Assembly: GCF_042231735.1 (NCBI RefSeq) | Contig: NZ_CP102577.1 | Span: 3,167,281-3,231,280 of the forward strand | Direction: 5' to 3' | DNA length: 64,000 bases | Source: Corallococcus exercitus | Lineage (GTDB): Bacteria > Myxococcota > Myxococcia > Myxococcales > Myxococcaceae | In this document: piece by piece, positions 48,584-57,348 of the stretch | Layout: every line of letters starts with the position of its first letter | Numbering within the stretch: the stretch's first letter is position 1 | Translations under genes and position numbers: made by a program | Notes under the pieces: model-generated | Database searches by the model: none | Seen by the model: only the letters and a program-made list of their open reading frames with translations | Told to the model about the DNA's origin: nothing

Positions 48584-50335
48584 TCAGGGCCCGTCCTGAC
48601 GCTGTCCGCCCGGCCGCAGGCGCTGGAGGCCCGCGGAGAGCGCGGCCTTCCCGGAGGCCATCCACCGGCGGCCCCGCTGCCGCGCGACCATCACCGAGCC
48701 CAGCACGAGCCGCTGGGCGCGCATCTGGAGCAGGTCCGCGCGCAGCTCCATGGGCGTCACGGTGCGGATGCGGCCCTGCTCGTAGGCCTCCGTGATGGCG
48801 CGGCGCTGGAGCTTGCCGCTGCTCGTCTTCTGGAGCTGGCCGTAGCGGATGAAGAGGACGTCCTCTTGCGCGAGCGTGACGCCCACCGTCTCCAGCACCG
48901 ACTGGCAGACCTGCTTGCGGCTGTCCTCCAGGCGCTCCAGCGCGGACGGGTGGTTCACCTCCGCCAGCACCACGAGGCGCCCCTTCACCTGGATGACGGC
49001 GGTGCGGCCCGGGCGGATGAAGGCCAGCCGCTCCACGGCCTGCTCGAAGTCCGCGGAGAAGAAGCTCTGGCCGTTCACCTTGATGCGGTCGTTGATCCGC
49101 CCGGTGATGAAGAGCTCGCCGCCCTGCTGGAAGCCCAGGTCGCCCGTGGCGTAGAAGCCCTCCTCGCCGCGCAGGGGCCGGTCGTCCAGGAAGTACGACG
49201 GCGCGAGGCTGCCGCCGCGCAGCTCGATCTCGCCCATCTCGCCCTCGCCGCACACGCGGCCGTCCTCCGCGCGCAGCCGCACCTCGAACTCCGTCAGTGG
49301 CTGGCCCACGGAGATGGCGGGCTGGCCATTGGGCGCCGTGATGACGCGCACCGTGCGGCCCGGCGGCACGCTCGCGACCAGCAGCACCGTCTCCGCCATG
49401 CCGTAGCAGGGCATGAACACGTCGCGCCGGAGGCCGCACGGCGCGAGGATGTCCAGGAACTGCTCCAGGTTGGGGATGTTGATGGGCTCGCTGCCCAGGT
49501 AGATGCTGCGCACGCGCGACAGGTCCAGCCGCTTCAGGTCGTCCGCGTCCGCCGACTTGAGCGTCTTGAGCGCGTAGTCGATGGCGAAGTTGGGGATGAC
49601 GGAGCCCATCACCTTCTCGGAGGAGATGAGCTCCAGCCAGCCCAGCGGATCCATCAGGAACGAGGCGGGCTGCGACAGGAGCAGGTCATTGCCCACCGCG
49701 ATGCAGGTGAGCAGCCCGCCGATGAGCCCCATGTCGTGGTACAGCGGCAGCCAGCTCGTCACCCGGTCCTCGGACGTGCGGCCGTCGTGCCGGGTGATCA
49801 TCCGCAGGTTCGCGGCCAGGTTCTCCTGGGTGATGGGCACGCCCTTGGGGAACGACGTGGACCCGGACGAGAACTGCACGAACGCCAGCTCACCGGGCGC
49901 CACCTCGCGCAGCTTCGCGCCCGCGCGCTTCGCCCCCGCGGGCGGCAGCGACAGCCGCTCCAGGGGCAGCTCCAGCCCGGCCAGGCTCGGCGCGTCCAGC
50001 ACGAGCGAGGCGCCGTAGCGCTCCCGGATGCGCGCGAGGAAGTCCCGGTAGGGCCCCTTCGGCGTGCTCAGGATGTACGGCTTCACGGACAGGGGCACCG
50101 CGCCCAGCTCCATCAGCCCCAGGAACGAGAAGATGACGGCCGTGGAGGTTTCGAACGGCAGCACCACGCGCGTGCCCGGCGCGATGCCGCGCGCGCGGAA
50201 GTGCTCCGCCGCCCCGGCCACCCGGGAGGCGAACTCCCGGTAGGGCACGAACTCCGGCGGTCCGACGAAGTCGTCGTAGAGAAACAGACCGCGTCGCGGA
50301 TCCACCGCCTCCAGCCGCTGGATGATGTCGAGCAT
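48584..50335 (-). CDS. Fatty acyl-AMP ligase-like adenylating enzyme (ANL superfamily)
   Basis: AMP-binding core FVQFSSGSTSFPKGVPITQENL, with YATGDLG and GRINDRIKVNGQSF motifs. ATG at 50335 (MLDIIQRLE...). Confidence 0.7.
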   Translation of the reverse strand: MLDIIQRLEAVDPRRGLFLYDDFVGPPEFVPYREFASRVAGAAEHFRARGIAPGTRVVLPFETSTAVIFSFLGLMELGAVPLSVKPYILSTPKGPYRDFLARIRERYGASLVLDAPSLAGLELPLERLSLPPAGAKRAGAKLREVAPGELAFVQFSSGSTSFPKGVPITQENLAANLRMITRHDGRTSEDRVTSWLPLYHDMGLIGGLLTCIAVGNDLLLSQPASFLMDPLGWLELISSEKVMGSVIPNFAIDYALKTLKSADADDLKRLDLSRVRSIYLGSEPINIPNLEQFLDILAPCGLRRDVFMPCYGMAETVLLVASVPPGRTVRVITAPNGQPAISVGQPLTEFEVRLRAEDGRVCGEGEMGEIELRGGSLAPSYFLDDRPLRGEEGFYATGDLGFQQGGELFITGRINDRIKVNGQSFFSADFEQAVERLAFIRPGRTAVIQVKGRLVVLAEVNHPSALERLEDSRKQVCQSVLETVGVTLAQEDVLFIRYGQLQKTSSGKLQRRAITEAYEQGRIRTVTPMELRADLLQMRAQRLVLGSVMVARQRGRRWMASGKAALSAGLQRLRPGGQRQDGP

Positions 50336-50360
50336 GCGGACCTCCCCTCCTCGTGGTTCT

Positions 50361-51278
50361 TCAGTGCGCGGGCGCCACCTGGCGCATCCACGCGAGTACG
50401 CGGGGCAACACCTCGGCGCGGGCGCGCTCTCCGCGCACCACGTCGAAGTGGCCCGCCTCCCAGCTGAGCCCCTGCGCGCGTCCCAGGACGGCCAGCTCCT
50501 TGCGAGCACTGCCCAGGTGGGCCACCAGCTTCTGCGCGCGCGGGGGCGACGCGTGGAACATGTCCGCCGCGCCCACGCCCGCGAACACCGGCAGCGTCAC
50601 CCGGCCCAGCGCGCTCCAGTAGTCCGTCGCGCCGTCCGCGCTGCGGAACGCGCCCGTGGGCGCCCAGTCCGTGAACTGCCGCATCACGCCCGCGGGTTCG
50701 TCCCAGGGTCCCTGCTTCAGCGCCTTCGCGGGGAAGCGCCCCAGCACTCCCGCCACCGCGGAGGAGAAGCCCAGCTGGAAGCGCTTCTTGAACCCGCCGT
50801 CGGTGTAGTCGTTCACCGCCGAGGACAGCGTGCACACGCCGGTCAGCGACGCCTGGAGCGAGGGGTCCACCCCCAGCGCCGCCAGCGCCGCGTAGCCCGC
50901 CATGCTGTGGGCCAGCAGGAACAGCGGCCCGGGGTGGCGCGAGCGCACGGCCCGCACCAGGTCCGGGAGGTCGTGGCGCACGTACGTGTCGAAGCTCCAG
51001 TCGTACGCCCGCTTCGCGGGCCAGCGGCTCCTGCCATGGCCGCGCAGGGACGCGACGTAGGCCACGCAGCCCTCGTCCACGAAGTAGCGCGCCGGTCCGT
51101 CACCCTGCCCGCCCAGGAAGAAGCGGCCGTCGGAGAACAGACCCGGGACGAAGAGGATGCCGGGCGCGGAAGGAGGCGTCGCGGACGTGCGCGCCTCCAC
51201 GACGTGCAGCGCGTGCTCCTGGGACGTGGGGACCCAGAACTCCTGCGAGGCGAACTCCGGCTTCGCGTTCGTGCTCAT
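50361..51278 (-). CDS. Alpha/beta-fold hydrolase
   Basis: Nucleophile elbow LLAHSMAGY in the GxSxG context; 305 aa. Confidence 0.7.
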   Translation of the reverse strand: MSTNAKPEFASQEFWVPTSQEHALHVVEARTSATPPSAPGILFVPGLFSDGRFFLGGQGDGPARYFVDEGCVAYVASLRGHGRSRWPAKRAYDWSFDTYVRHDLPDLVRAVRSRHPGPLFLLAHSMAGYAALAALGVDPSLQASLTGVCTLSSAVNDYTDGGFKKRFQLGFSSAVAGVLGRFPAKALKQGPWDEPAGVMRQFTDWAPTGAFRSADGATDYWSALGRVTLPVFAGVGAADMFHASPPRAQKLVAHLGSARKELAVLGRAQGLSWEAGHFDVVRGERARAEVLPRVLAWMRQVAPAH

Positions 51279-51724
51279 GGGCGCGGTTCCCCGGCGGCGG
51301 TGGCCACCGGGACGCGCGCGGCGTCCAGGAACTGCTGCAGCGACGCGAGCGACCGGGCCCGCGCGTCCAGGAAGGCCACGCTCACCAGGGCCTCCACCGC
51401 CAGCGGCCCGTCCGCCGCCAGGAACACGCGCTGCCGGAAGCGCGCGCGGTAGTTGAGGCCGTCCGCCTCCAGCTCGTCCGCGGCGGGCGACTCCAGCTCC
51501 GTGTGCACCACCACGTCCCCGGGGGGAATCTCCCGGCGGTAGTCCACCTCCACGCGTGACACCACGGCCACCACCGGCCCGCCGCGCGTCAGCCCCTGCC
51601 GCTCCAGCCAGGCCCAGCGGCCGGCCTCCAGGTACTCCAGCGTGGTGGCGTTGTTCACGTGCCCCAGGACGTCCAGGTCGTTGGGACGCACGCGCAACGT
51701 GAGGGAGGACTCTTCGAAGTGCAC
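51275..51724 (-). CDS. Hotdog-fold acyl-CoA/acyl-ACP thioesterase (4HBT/YbgC-like)
   Basis: LRVRPNDLDVLGHVNNATTLEYLEAGRWAWL, the 4HBT signature. ATGA overlap with the hydrolase gene. Confidence 0.7.
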   Translation of the reverse strand: MHFEESSLTLRVRPNDLDVLGHVNNATTLEYLEAGRWAWLERQGLTRGGPVVAVVSRVEVDYRREIPPGDVVVHTELESPAADELEADGLNYRARFRQRVFLAADGPLAVEALVSVAFLDARARSLASLQQFLDAARVPVATAAGEPRP

Positions 51725-51763
51725 GGGGGATGTCCTTCTGGCTGCCGGGGGGTGGCAGCGACT

Positions 51764-52129
51764 TCAGGGGGACGGAGCGCGCGTCACGAGGACCACGGAC
51801 GAGACGAACCCTCCGCTATGCGACAGCGATACAGCGACCTGCAGGCCCTCGCGCGTCAGGTGCGCCGCGAGCGTGCCGTGGAACCGGAAGCGCGGCGCGC
51901 GCCGCGCGTCGTGGACGAGCTCCGCGTCCGTCCAGAACCAGCCGTCCACGGCGGGCAGCGCCTTGAAGAGGGCCTCCTTCGCGCTGAAGCCCGCCGCCAG
52001 GCTCTCCACCGGGTTCGCCGCGCGCTCGAAGTGGGCGAGCTCCGCGGCGGTGAAGAACACGTCCGGCTCCCGAAGGGCCCGTGCGGCCTCCAGCTCCGTG
52101 ACGGCCTGGAGGTCGTGGCCCAGGCCCAT
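51764..52129 (-). CDS. acpS: Holo-[acyl-carrier-protein] synthase (AcpS-type phosphopantetheinyl transferase)
   Basis: MGLGHDLQAV...FSAKEALFKALP...VSLSHSGGFVSSVVL aligns block-for-block with AcpS. The ATG shares a nucleotide with the upstream stop (TGATG). Confidence 0.7.
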   Translation of the reverse strand: MGLGHDLQAVTELEAARALREPDVFFTAAELAHFERAANPVESLAAGFSAKEALFKALPAVDGWFWTDAELVHDARRAPRFRFHGTLAAHLTREGLQVAVSLSHSGGFVSSVVLVTRAPSP

Positions 52130-53088
52130 CAACACCCGACGAGGTCCATCCAGGTGTCCTCCACCTCCTCGCGCGACGTCACCGTGATGCCGGTGATGCG
52201 CTTGAGGGCGTGGAAGATGAGCTGCTCCTTCTTGCGCAGCGCGTCCGGCGCGTAGAAGCCCTCGCGGTGCTCCAGCTGGTCCCACCAGTTGACGTGGGTG
52301 TCGCGGGATTCCACGCGCTCGCGCTTGCTGCCGTGCACCTCGCCGCCGTCGCGCAGGAACAGGTGCGCCACGGCGAAGGCCTCCTTCGCCTTGTACGCGC
52401 CGCTGTCCACCAGCGCCTTCGCGAAGGCGATGAAGTAGTTCATGTGCTGCACTTCGTCCGCCGCCACCTGCTTGAACAGCGCGCGCAGGCCCGGGTCCTG
52501 GACCATCTGCGAGCACTGGCCGTAGTCCACCGCCGCCACCACTTCGGAGATGGACAGCAGCGTGAGCGTGCGCAGCATGTCGTCGTCGGGGAACACCTTG
52601 CGGAACTCGATGAAGGTGGCGTCGGTGATGGGCTCCAGCCGCAGCACCGTGGACAGGCGGTTGAACGCCGTCTCGTGGTGCGCCTCCTCCTCGTTCCAGT
52701 AGCGGCTCCACGTGCCGCACGCCTGCATGATGGCGGCGACCGTGGGGTCCTTCTCCTGCCACCGGCGGCACTCCACGTCCGCCAGCCGCTCCAGCCGGTC
52801 CGCGCCCGGCTTCGTCGTCAGCTCCGCGCGCCCCGCGTTCCACACCAGGTGCCGGTCGGCTTCACCAATGTGCGTGAAGTCCACCGCGGAGAGCAGCTCC
52901 ACCACGCTCCAGCGCCGCGATTCATGCAGCCGCTGCTGCTCCCAGGTGATGTCCACCAGCGACAGGCCGCGCTGCGTGAGGGCTTCGTACAGCTCCGCCA
53001 TGATGGCCGGACGGCCTTCGGACGGGGTGACGCGGGGGGAGGTGACGGTCGCTTCTTCGTGCTCAAGGCTTCGCGCCAGGACACTCAT
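52129..53088 (-). CDS. Ferritin-like diiron-carboxylate protein, acyl-ACP desaturase-like
   Basis: Two E...ExxH motifs (NEEEAHHE; ADEVQHMNYF) spaced as in soluble acyl-ACP desaturases. ATG at 53088 overlaps the upstream ACP-like stop (ATGA). Confidence 0.55.
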   Translation of the reverse strand: MSVLARSLEHEEATVTSPRVTPSEGRPAIMAELYEALTQRGLSLVDITWEQQRLHESRRWSVVELLSAVDFTHIGEADRHLVWNAGRAELTTKPGADRLERLADVECRRWQEKDPTVAAIMQACGTWSRYWNEEEAHHETAFNRLSTVLRLEPITDATFIEFRKVFPDDDMLRTLTLLSISEVVAAVDYGQCSQMVQDPGLRALFKQVAADEVQHMNYFIAFAKALVDSGAYKAKEAFAVAHLFLRDGGEVHGSKRERVESRDTHVNWWDQLEHREGFYAPDALRKKEQLIFHALKRITGITVTSREEVEDTWMDLVGC

Positions 53089-53381
53089 GCCGACTTCCGC
53101 TCCGGGTTCGTGACTTCGCCCATGAACACCGACAGGACCTTCGACACGGGGGTATCCAGGGACAGCGCGGGCAGGCGCACCCGCAGTCCAAAGTCCTTGC
53201 GCAGCCCGTTGGACGTACGGGCAAAGGCTTCCATCAAGTCCACGCTGTTGGTCATGCGCTCGGAGCGCGTGATGAGCGCCGAGAGGGTCAGGTCTTCGGA
53301 GAACAGCTCGGCCTCCGTGAGACCCACGTTTTCCGCGAACTTCCTTCGGATGTATGACTCGAGCTCCTGCGCGTCGGGCAC
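53085..53381 (-). CDS. Acyl-carrier-protein-like small protein (stand-alone carrier)
   Basis: ~98 aa with an ACP-like helix II motif, TNSVDLMEAF (DSxxxxE-type Ser). GTG start at 53381 with an AGGAAGG RBS. Confidence 0.4.
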   Translation of the reverse strand: MPDAQELESYIRRKFAENVGLTEAELFSEDLTLSALITRSERMTNSVDLMEAFARTSNGLRKDFGLRVRLPALSLDTPVSKVLSVFMGEVTNPERKSA

Positions 53382-53528
53382 GGGGGACCTTCCTTCCCAG
53401 GGCTTGAAAGTCGATTTCCCAGTCAGAAAACAGGAAAGATCTAACTGTGGCTCCAGAGCTGTCAATCAGCAACGGGTCACTTTGGATCCGCGTGCGAAGC
53501 CGCCTTCGCGGGTCGTTTCACGCGTCAT

Positions 53529-54707
53529 TCATGCAATCAGGCGCGAGATTTCCTCAGCGGTGAAACCCGCGTCCTCCAGGATGACGCGCGAGTGCTGTCC
53601 CAGCGTGGGCGGTGGACGCAGTGCGACGTCGCCCATGCGCAGCGGCGTGAGCAGGTGCGTGACGCGGATGCCGCGCTGCGCGTCCTCCGCCTCCACGAAG
53701 AGGCCGCGCGCGCGCAGCTGCGGATCCGCCATCACCTCGTCCCCTTCCGCCACCGGCTCCACGCAGAACTCCGCGCCGGAGAGCTGCTCGCGCCAGTGCG
53801 CCAGGGGCTGGGACTCGAAGATGCGGGTGAGCTCCGCCTTCACGCGGGCGCTGGCTTCACCGCCGGTATACGCGTCGTCCAGGAGCTCCGGGCGGCCCAG
53901 CTTCGCGCAGAGCGCGCCGAAGAACTTGGGCTCCAGCGCGCCCACCGCGAGCCAGCGGTCGTCCGCGGTGCGGTACAGGCCGTAGCTGGGGTAGCCGCCA
54001 TTGAGCGCCTCGCTGCCGCGCGCAAGCGGCGTGCCTTCCGCGCCCATGAACAGGCGCGAGGCCAGGTGCAGGTGGAGGAACGCCAGCGCGCCGTCCGTCA
54101 TGGACACGTCCACGAAGCGGCCCACGCCGGTGCGCTCGCGCTCGTGCAGCGCGGCCAGGATGCCCACCACCGCGAAGAGGCTCCCCCCGCCGATGTCCGC
54201 CATCTGCACGCCCGGGAACGCGGGCGCGCCGCCGGCCTGCCCGCCGTAGCCCAAGAGCCCCGCGCGGGCCACGTAGTTGAGGTCGTGCCCCGCCTTGAGC
54301 CGGTCCGGCCCCGTCTGGCCGTAACCGGAGATGGCGCAGTAGATGAGCCGCGGGTTCTTCTGGCGCAGCACCGCTTCACCCACGCCCAGCTTGTCCATGA
54401 CGCCGGGGCGGAAGCTCTCCACCAGCACGTCGTAGTGGGACACGAGCCGCAAGAGCGCGTCGCGCCCCTGCGGCGCCTTGAGGTTCAGCGTGAGCGAGCG
54501 CTTGTTGCGGTGCAGCCCGTAGTAGAGCGCGCCCTCGCCGTCGCGGTGCGGCGGCATGTGGCGGGTGGCGTCCCCCACGTCCGGGTCCTCCACGGTGTCC
54601 ACGGTGGCGCCCAGGTCCGCCAGCACCAGCGTCGCGTACGGGCCGGGCAACAGGCGCGACAGATCCAGCACCCGCAGGCCCGCGAGGGGGGAAGACGACT
54701 CAGGCAT
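53529..54707 (-). CDS. CoA-transferase family III (CaiB/BaiF/alpha-methylacyl-CoA racemase family)
   Basis: LAGLRVLDLSRLLPGPYATLVLADLGA N-terminal signature and a conserved Asp region. Confidence 0.8.
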   Translation of the reverse strand: MPESSSPLAGLRVLDLSRLLPGPYATLVLADLGATVDTVEDPDVGDATRHMPPHRDGEGALYYGLHRNKRSLTLNLKAPQGRDALLRLVSHYDVLVESFRPGVMDKLGVGEAVLRQKNPRLIYCAISGYGQTGPDRLKAGHDLNYVARAGLLGYGGQAGGAPAFPGVQMADIGGGSLFAVVGILAALHERERTGVGRFVDVSMTDGALAFLHLHLASRLFMGAEGTPLARGSEALNGGYPSYGLYRTADDRWLAVGALEPKFFGALCAKLGRPELLDDAYTGGEASARVKAELTRIFESQPLAHWREQLSGAEFCVEPVAEGDEVMADPQLRARGLFVEAEDAQRGIRVTHLLTPLRMGDVALRPPPTLGQHSRVILEDAGFTAEEISRLIA

Positions 54708-54799
54708 GGAAGGGGGCTCCAGGGGGAGGTGGAGACATGCGGACGGCGCGTCCCCGCGAGGGTGACGCGCCGTCGGTACGACACGCTACGAAAGAGGCT

Positions 54800-55129
54800 T
54801 CAGCCCAGCAGCTTCGCCAGCTTCATGGCGAGGCCCATGTCCATCGGCTTGAACTTGAGCTTGCCCTGCATGGCGGCCATCTGAGCGTTCAGCTTGCCCT
54901 CGCGGATCTTCACGAAGTCGTCGTTGCTGACGGTGACCGTCATCTTCGACGCGCCGTTGAGACCCTCGGACACCCAGCCCTCGGGCTTGGTGGTGTCCAG
55001 CGTCCACTTGCCGCCACCCTCACCGGAGACGTCGAAGTGGATGATGGCGTTGATCTCCTTCGCCAGCTCCGGCTTCTCCTGCAGCTTGCCGGGGATCTGC
55101 GTCTCGATGATGTCCTTCGCGGTCGCCAT
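54800..55129 (-). CDS. SCP2 sterol/lipid-carrier domain protein
   Basis: MATAKDIIETQIPGKLQEKPELAKEINAIIHFDVSGEGGGKWTLD matches the SCP2 fold signature. Confidence 0.7.
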   Translation of the reverse strand: MATAKDIIETQIPGKLQEKPELAKEINAIIHFDVSGEGGGKWTLDTTKPEGWVSEGLNGASKMTVTVSNDDFVKIREGKLNAQMAAMQGKLKFKPMDMGLAMKLAKLLG

Positions 55130-55227
55130 GACTCGCTCCTTGTTTTCAGCGTTGATTGGTGAATCAAGCCTGCGCGGACCGTAGTGTCGCCCCACCGTCG
55201 GGTCAAGGGCGGCGCCCCGCGGCACCC

Positions 55228-55590
55228 TCAGACGCGCGAGGTGTCCACCGGGGGGCTGAGTGACTGTCGCACCATCGACAGCAGGTCGTTGAGCTCGAAG
55301 GGCTTGGCCAGGTGGCCCATGGCGCCAATGTCCTTCGCCTTGCTGCCGACGTTGCGGTCCGCGCTGAGGACGATGATGGGGATGCCCGCGAAGTCCGGCT
55401 TCTGGCGCATGCGCTGGGCGAACTCCCAGCCGTCCATCACCGGCATCATCAGGTCCAACAGGATGAGGTGGGGAGGGTCCGGCTCCAGGCGCTCCAGGGC
55501 CTCCTTGCCGTTGCGGGCCCGGCGGATCTCGAAGCCCTCGGCTTCGAGGATCTCCGAGAGGGCCTCCAGGATGTCGGGATCATCGTCCAC
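55228..55590 (-). CDS. Stand-alone response regulator receiver (CheY-like)
   Basis: DDDPDILE, LILLDLMMPVMDG with the phospho-acceptor Asp, IIVLSA and KP motifs; GTG start. Confidence 0.75.
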   Translation of the reverse strand: MDDDPDILEALSEILEAEGFEIRRARNGKEALERLEPDPPHLILLDLMMPVMDGWEFAQRMRQKPDFAGIPIIVLSADRNVGSKAKDIGAMGHLAKPFELNDLLSMVRQSLSPPVDTSRV

Positions 55591-55801
55591 GACCAGGACT
55601 ACGGGTGCGCCAGTGTGCTGTGCGTTGAGCGAGGTCAGAGGTGTCTCCTCGATACCGCTACCAAGGGGCGATCATCCACCATCAGCGGCCCTCCTGGCGC
55701 AAGAAATTAAGGGCGCTCCGCACGGAGCGGGAGCCCGTTGCAAAACCGACAGTCACTGCCCACCCTTCCGATGATTCGAGGCACGGACAGGGGAGGTCCG
55801 C

Positions 55802-56863
55802 GTGACGTGGATGGGGGAGACACCTGGGGGCAACGAGGCGGCGCCGGGGCTCGCGCTGCTGCCCCGCCAGGGGACGCCACGCCTGCTCGGTCCCCTGCTC
55901 CTGGACTACCTGGGGCTGGAGGCCCTGCCTCCCGCGCCGGGCGCGGCGGGCATCGCCGGGCTGATGGCCGCCGCGGGCTTCCGCCGGCGCGAAGGTGAAC
56001 GCAACCTGTGGGAGCGCGAGGACCGCACCCTGCTGGTGGGCGAGGAGCCGCTGGAGGACGGCGGACGGCTGGTGTGGGCGCTGCCGGTGCCCTGGGGCGC
56101 GGGCCAGGCCTCGTCGTCCCAGACGTCCGGGGCCTCGACGACCGGCGAGCGCGTGGCGGACCGCGTGCGCTACCTGTCGCTCGCGTCGCATGACCTGCGC
56201 GGGTCGCTGGCCAACATCCGCTCGTACGCGGCGCTGCTGCTCAACGGGCGCATCCCGCTGGAGCCCAAGGCGCAGCGCGGGCTGGAGACCATCCTGCGCA
56301 ACGCGGACCGGGCGCTCTCCTTCGCCCAGGACTTCTTCGACTCCAGCCGCGCGGACCTGGGCGCGCTCGCGTGTGAGCGCGAGCGCCAGCCGCTCTTGCC
56401 CATCCTGGACGCCGCGGTGGAGCGCACGCAGGCCGCCGCCTCCGCCGCCAGCGTGGGGCTGGTGCTGGACGAGCTGCCGGAGCTGCCCGACGTGGAGGTG
56501 GACGCGGGCCGCATCCAGCACGCGGTGGAGGCCTTCGTGCACCACCTGCTGGGCCGCGCGCAGCCGGGCGAGTCGCTCCACGTGCGCGCCGCGCGCCTGG
56601 GCCATCAGGTGCGGGTGGAGGTGCGCCGCGACGGCGCGGCCGTTCCGGAAGAGGACATCTCCGCCGTCTTCCAGTGCGAGGAGCGCGCCTTCCGCGAGCG
56701 CAAGCTGGAGGATCCGCTGCGCGTCTTCCTGGCCCGGCAGGAGGTGGAGGCCCACGGCGGCCAGGTGGGTGCCCAGGCGGACGTGGGCGGCACCACCCTC
56801 TTCCTCACGCTGCCGGTGTCGTTGTCGGAAGAACTCGGGCATCCAGCGGGCTGGCAGGCGTGA
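55802..56863 (+). CDS. Sensor histidine kinase (HisKA plus HATPase_c, cytoplasmic)
   Basis: H-box LSLASHDLRGSLANI and N/G1/G2 boxes in the C-terminal half. Divergent from the receiver gene. Confidence 0.75.
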   Translation: MTWMGETPGGNEAAPGLALLPRQGTPRLLGPLLLDYLGLEALPPAPGAAGIAGLMAAAGFRRREGERNLWEREDRTLLVGEEPLEDGGRLVWALPVPWGAGQASSSQTSGASTTGERVADRVRYLSLASHDLRGSLANIRSYAALLLNGRIPLEPKAQRGLETILRNADRALSFAQDFFDSSRADLGALACERERQPLLPILDAAVERTQAAASAASVGLVLDELPELPDVEVDAGRIQHAVEAFVHHLLGRAQPGESLHVRAARLGHQVRVEVRRDGAAVPEEDISAVFQCEERAFRERKLEDPLRVFLARQEVEAHGGQVGAQADVGGTTLFLTLPVSLSEELGHPAGWQA

Positions 56864-56941
56864 GCCCTGGCCGCCGGAGTTGCTAGCGCGACCCACCTCC
56901 CACCGGTATGCTCCCCCGCGCATTTCGCGAGGAGCGAAGCC

Positions 56942-57178
56942 ATGGGTTTGAAGCTTCCTGAGATTCTTCTGATTTTCGCGGCGCTGCTGCTGCTGTTCGG
57001 CGGCTCGCGGTTGCCGCAGCTCGGCTCGTCCCTGGGCAGCGCGCTCCGCAACTTCAAGCGCGGCTTCTCCAGCGACGAGGACAAGGACGACGCCAGCGAC
57101 AAGAAGCCCGGCACCCTGTCCGCGTCCACCACCGTGGACAAGGACGTCGCCGCCAAGTCGCCCAGCCACAACGCCTGA
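56942..57178 (+). CDS. tatA: Twin-arginine translocase subunit TatA/E
   Basis: MGLKLPEILLIFAALLLLFGGSRLPQLGSSLGSALRNFKRG, the TatA TM plus amphipathic-helix signature. Confidence 0.8.
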   Translation: MGLKLPEILLIFAALLLLFGGSRLPQLGSSLGSALRNFKRGFSSDEDKDDASDKKPGTLSASTTVDKDVAAKSPSHNA

Positions 57179-57348
57179 CGCCGTCCGGGTGGGCCTGCTT
57201 CCGCGCCCATCCCCCTGACATCGCGCCGGTCGCCCCTGACGCCCGTACCGTGGACCGCTCGCAAGCGGCGACGGACGGGCGTCGGGCGTTTGAGGCGGCC
57301 GTGCTCCCCGCGACCCTTGAGTCACGGGGAGCTGCGGCGTGGGGGACG

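Noticed and set aside
53085-53381. Extending the ACP-like ORF to the upstream ATG at 53465
   Set aside because: The longer form would carry a 28-aa extension atypical for carrier proteins. A GTG with an AGGAAGG RBS gives an ACP-sized product; even so, the ACP assignment itself is only moderate confidence.
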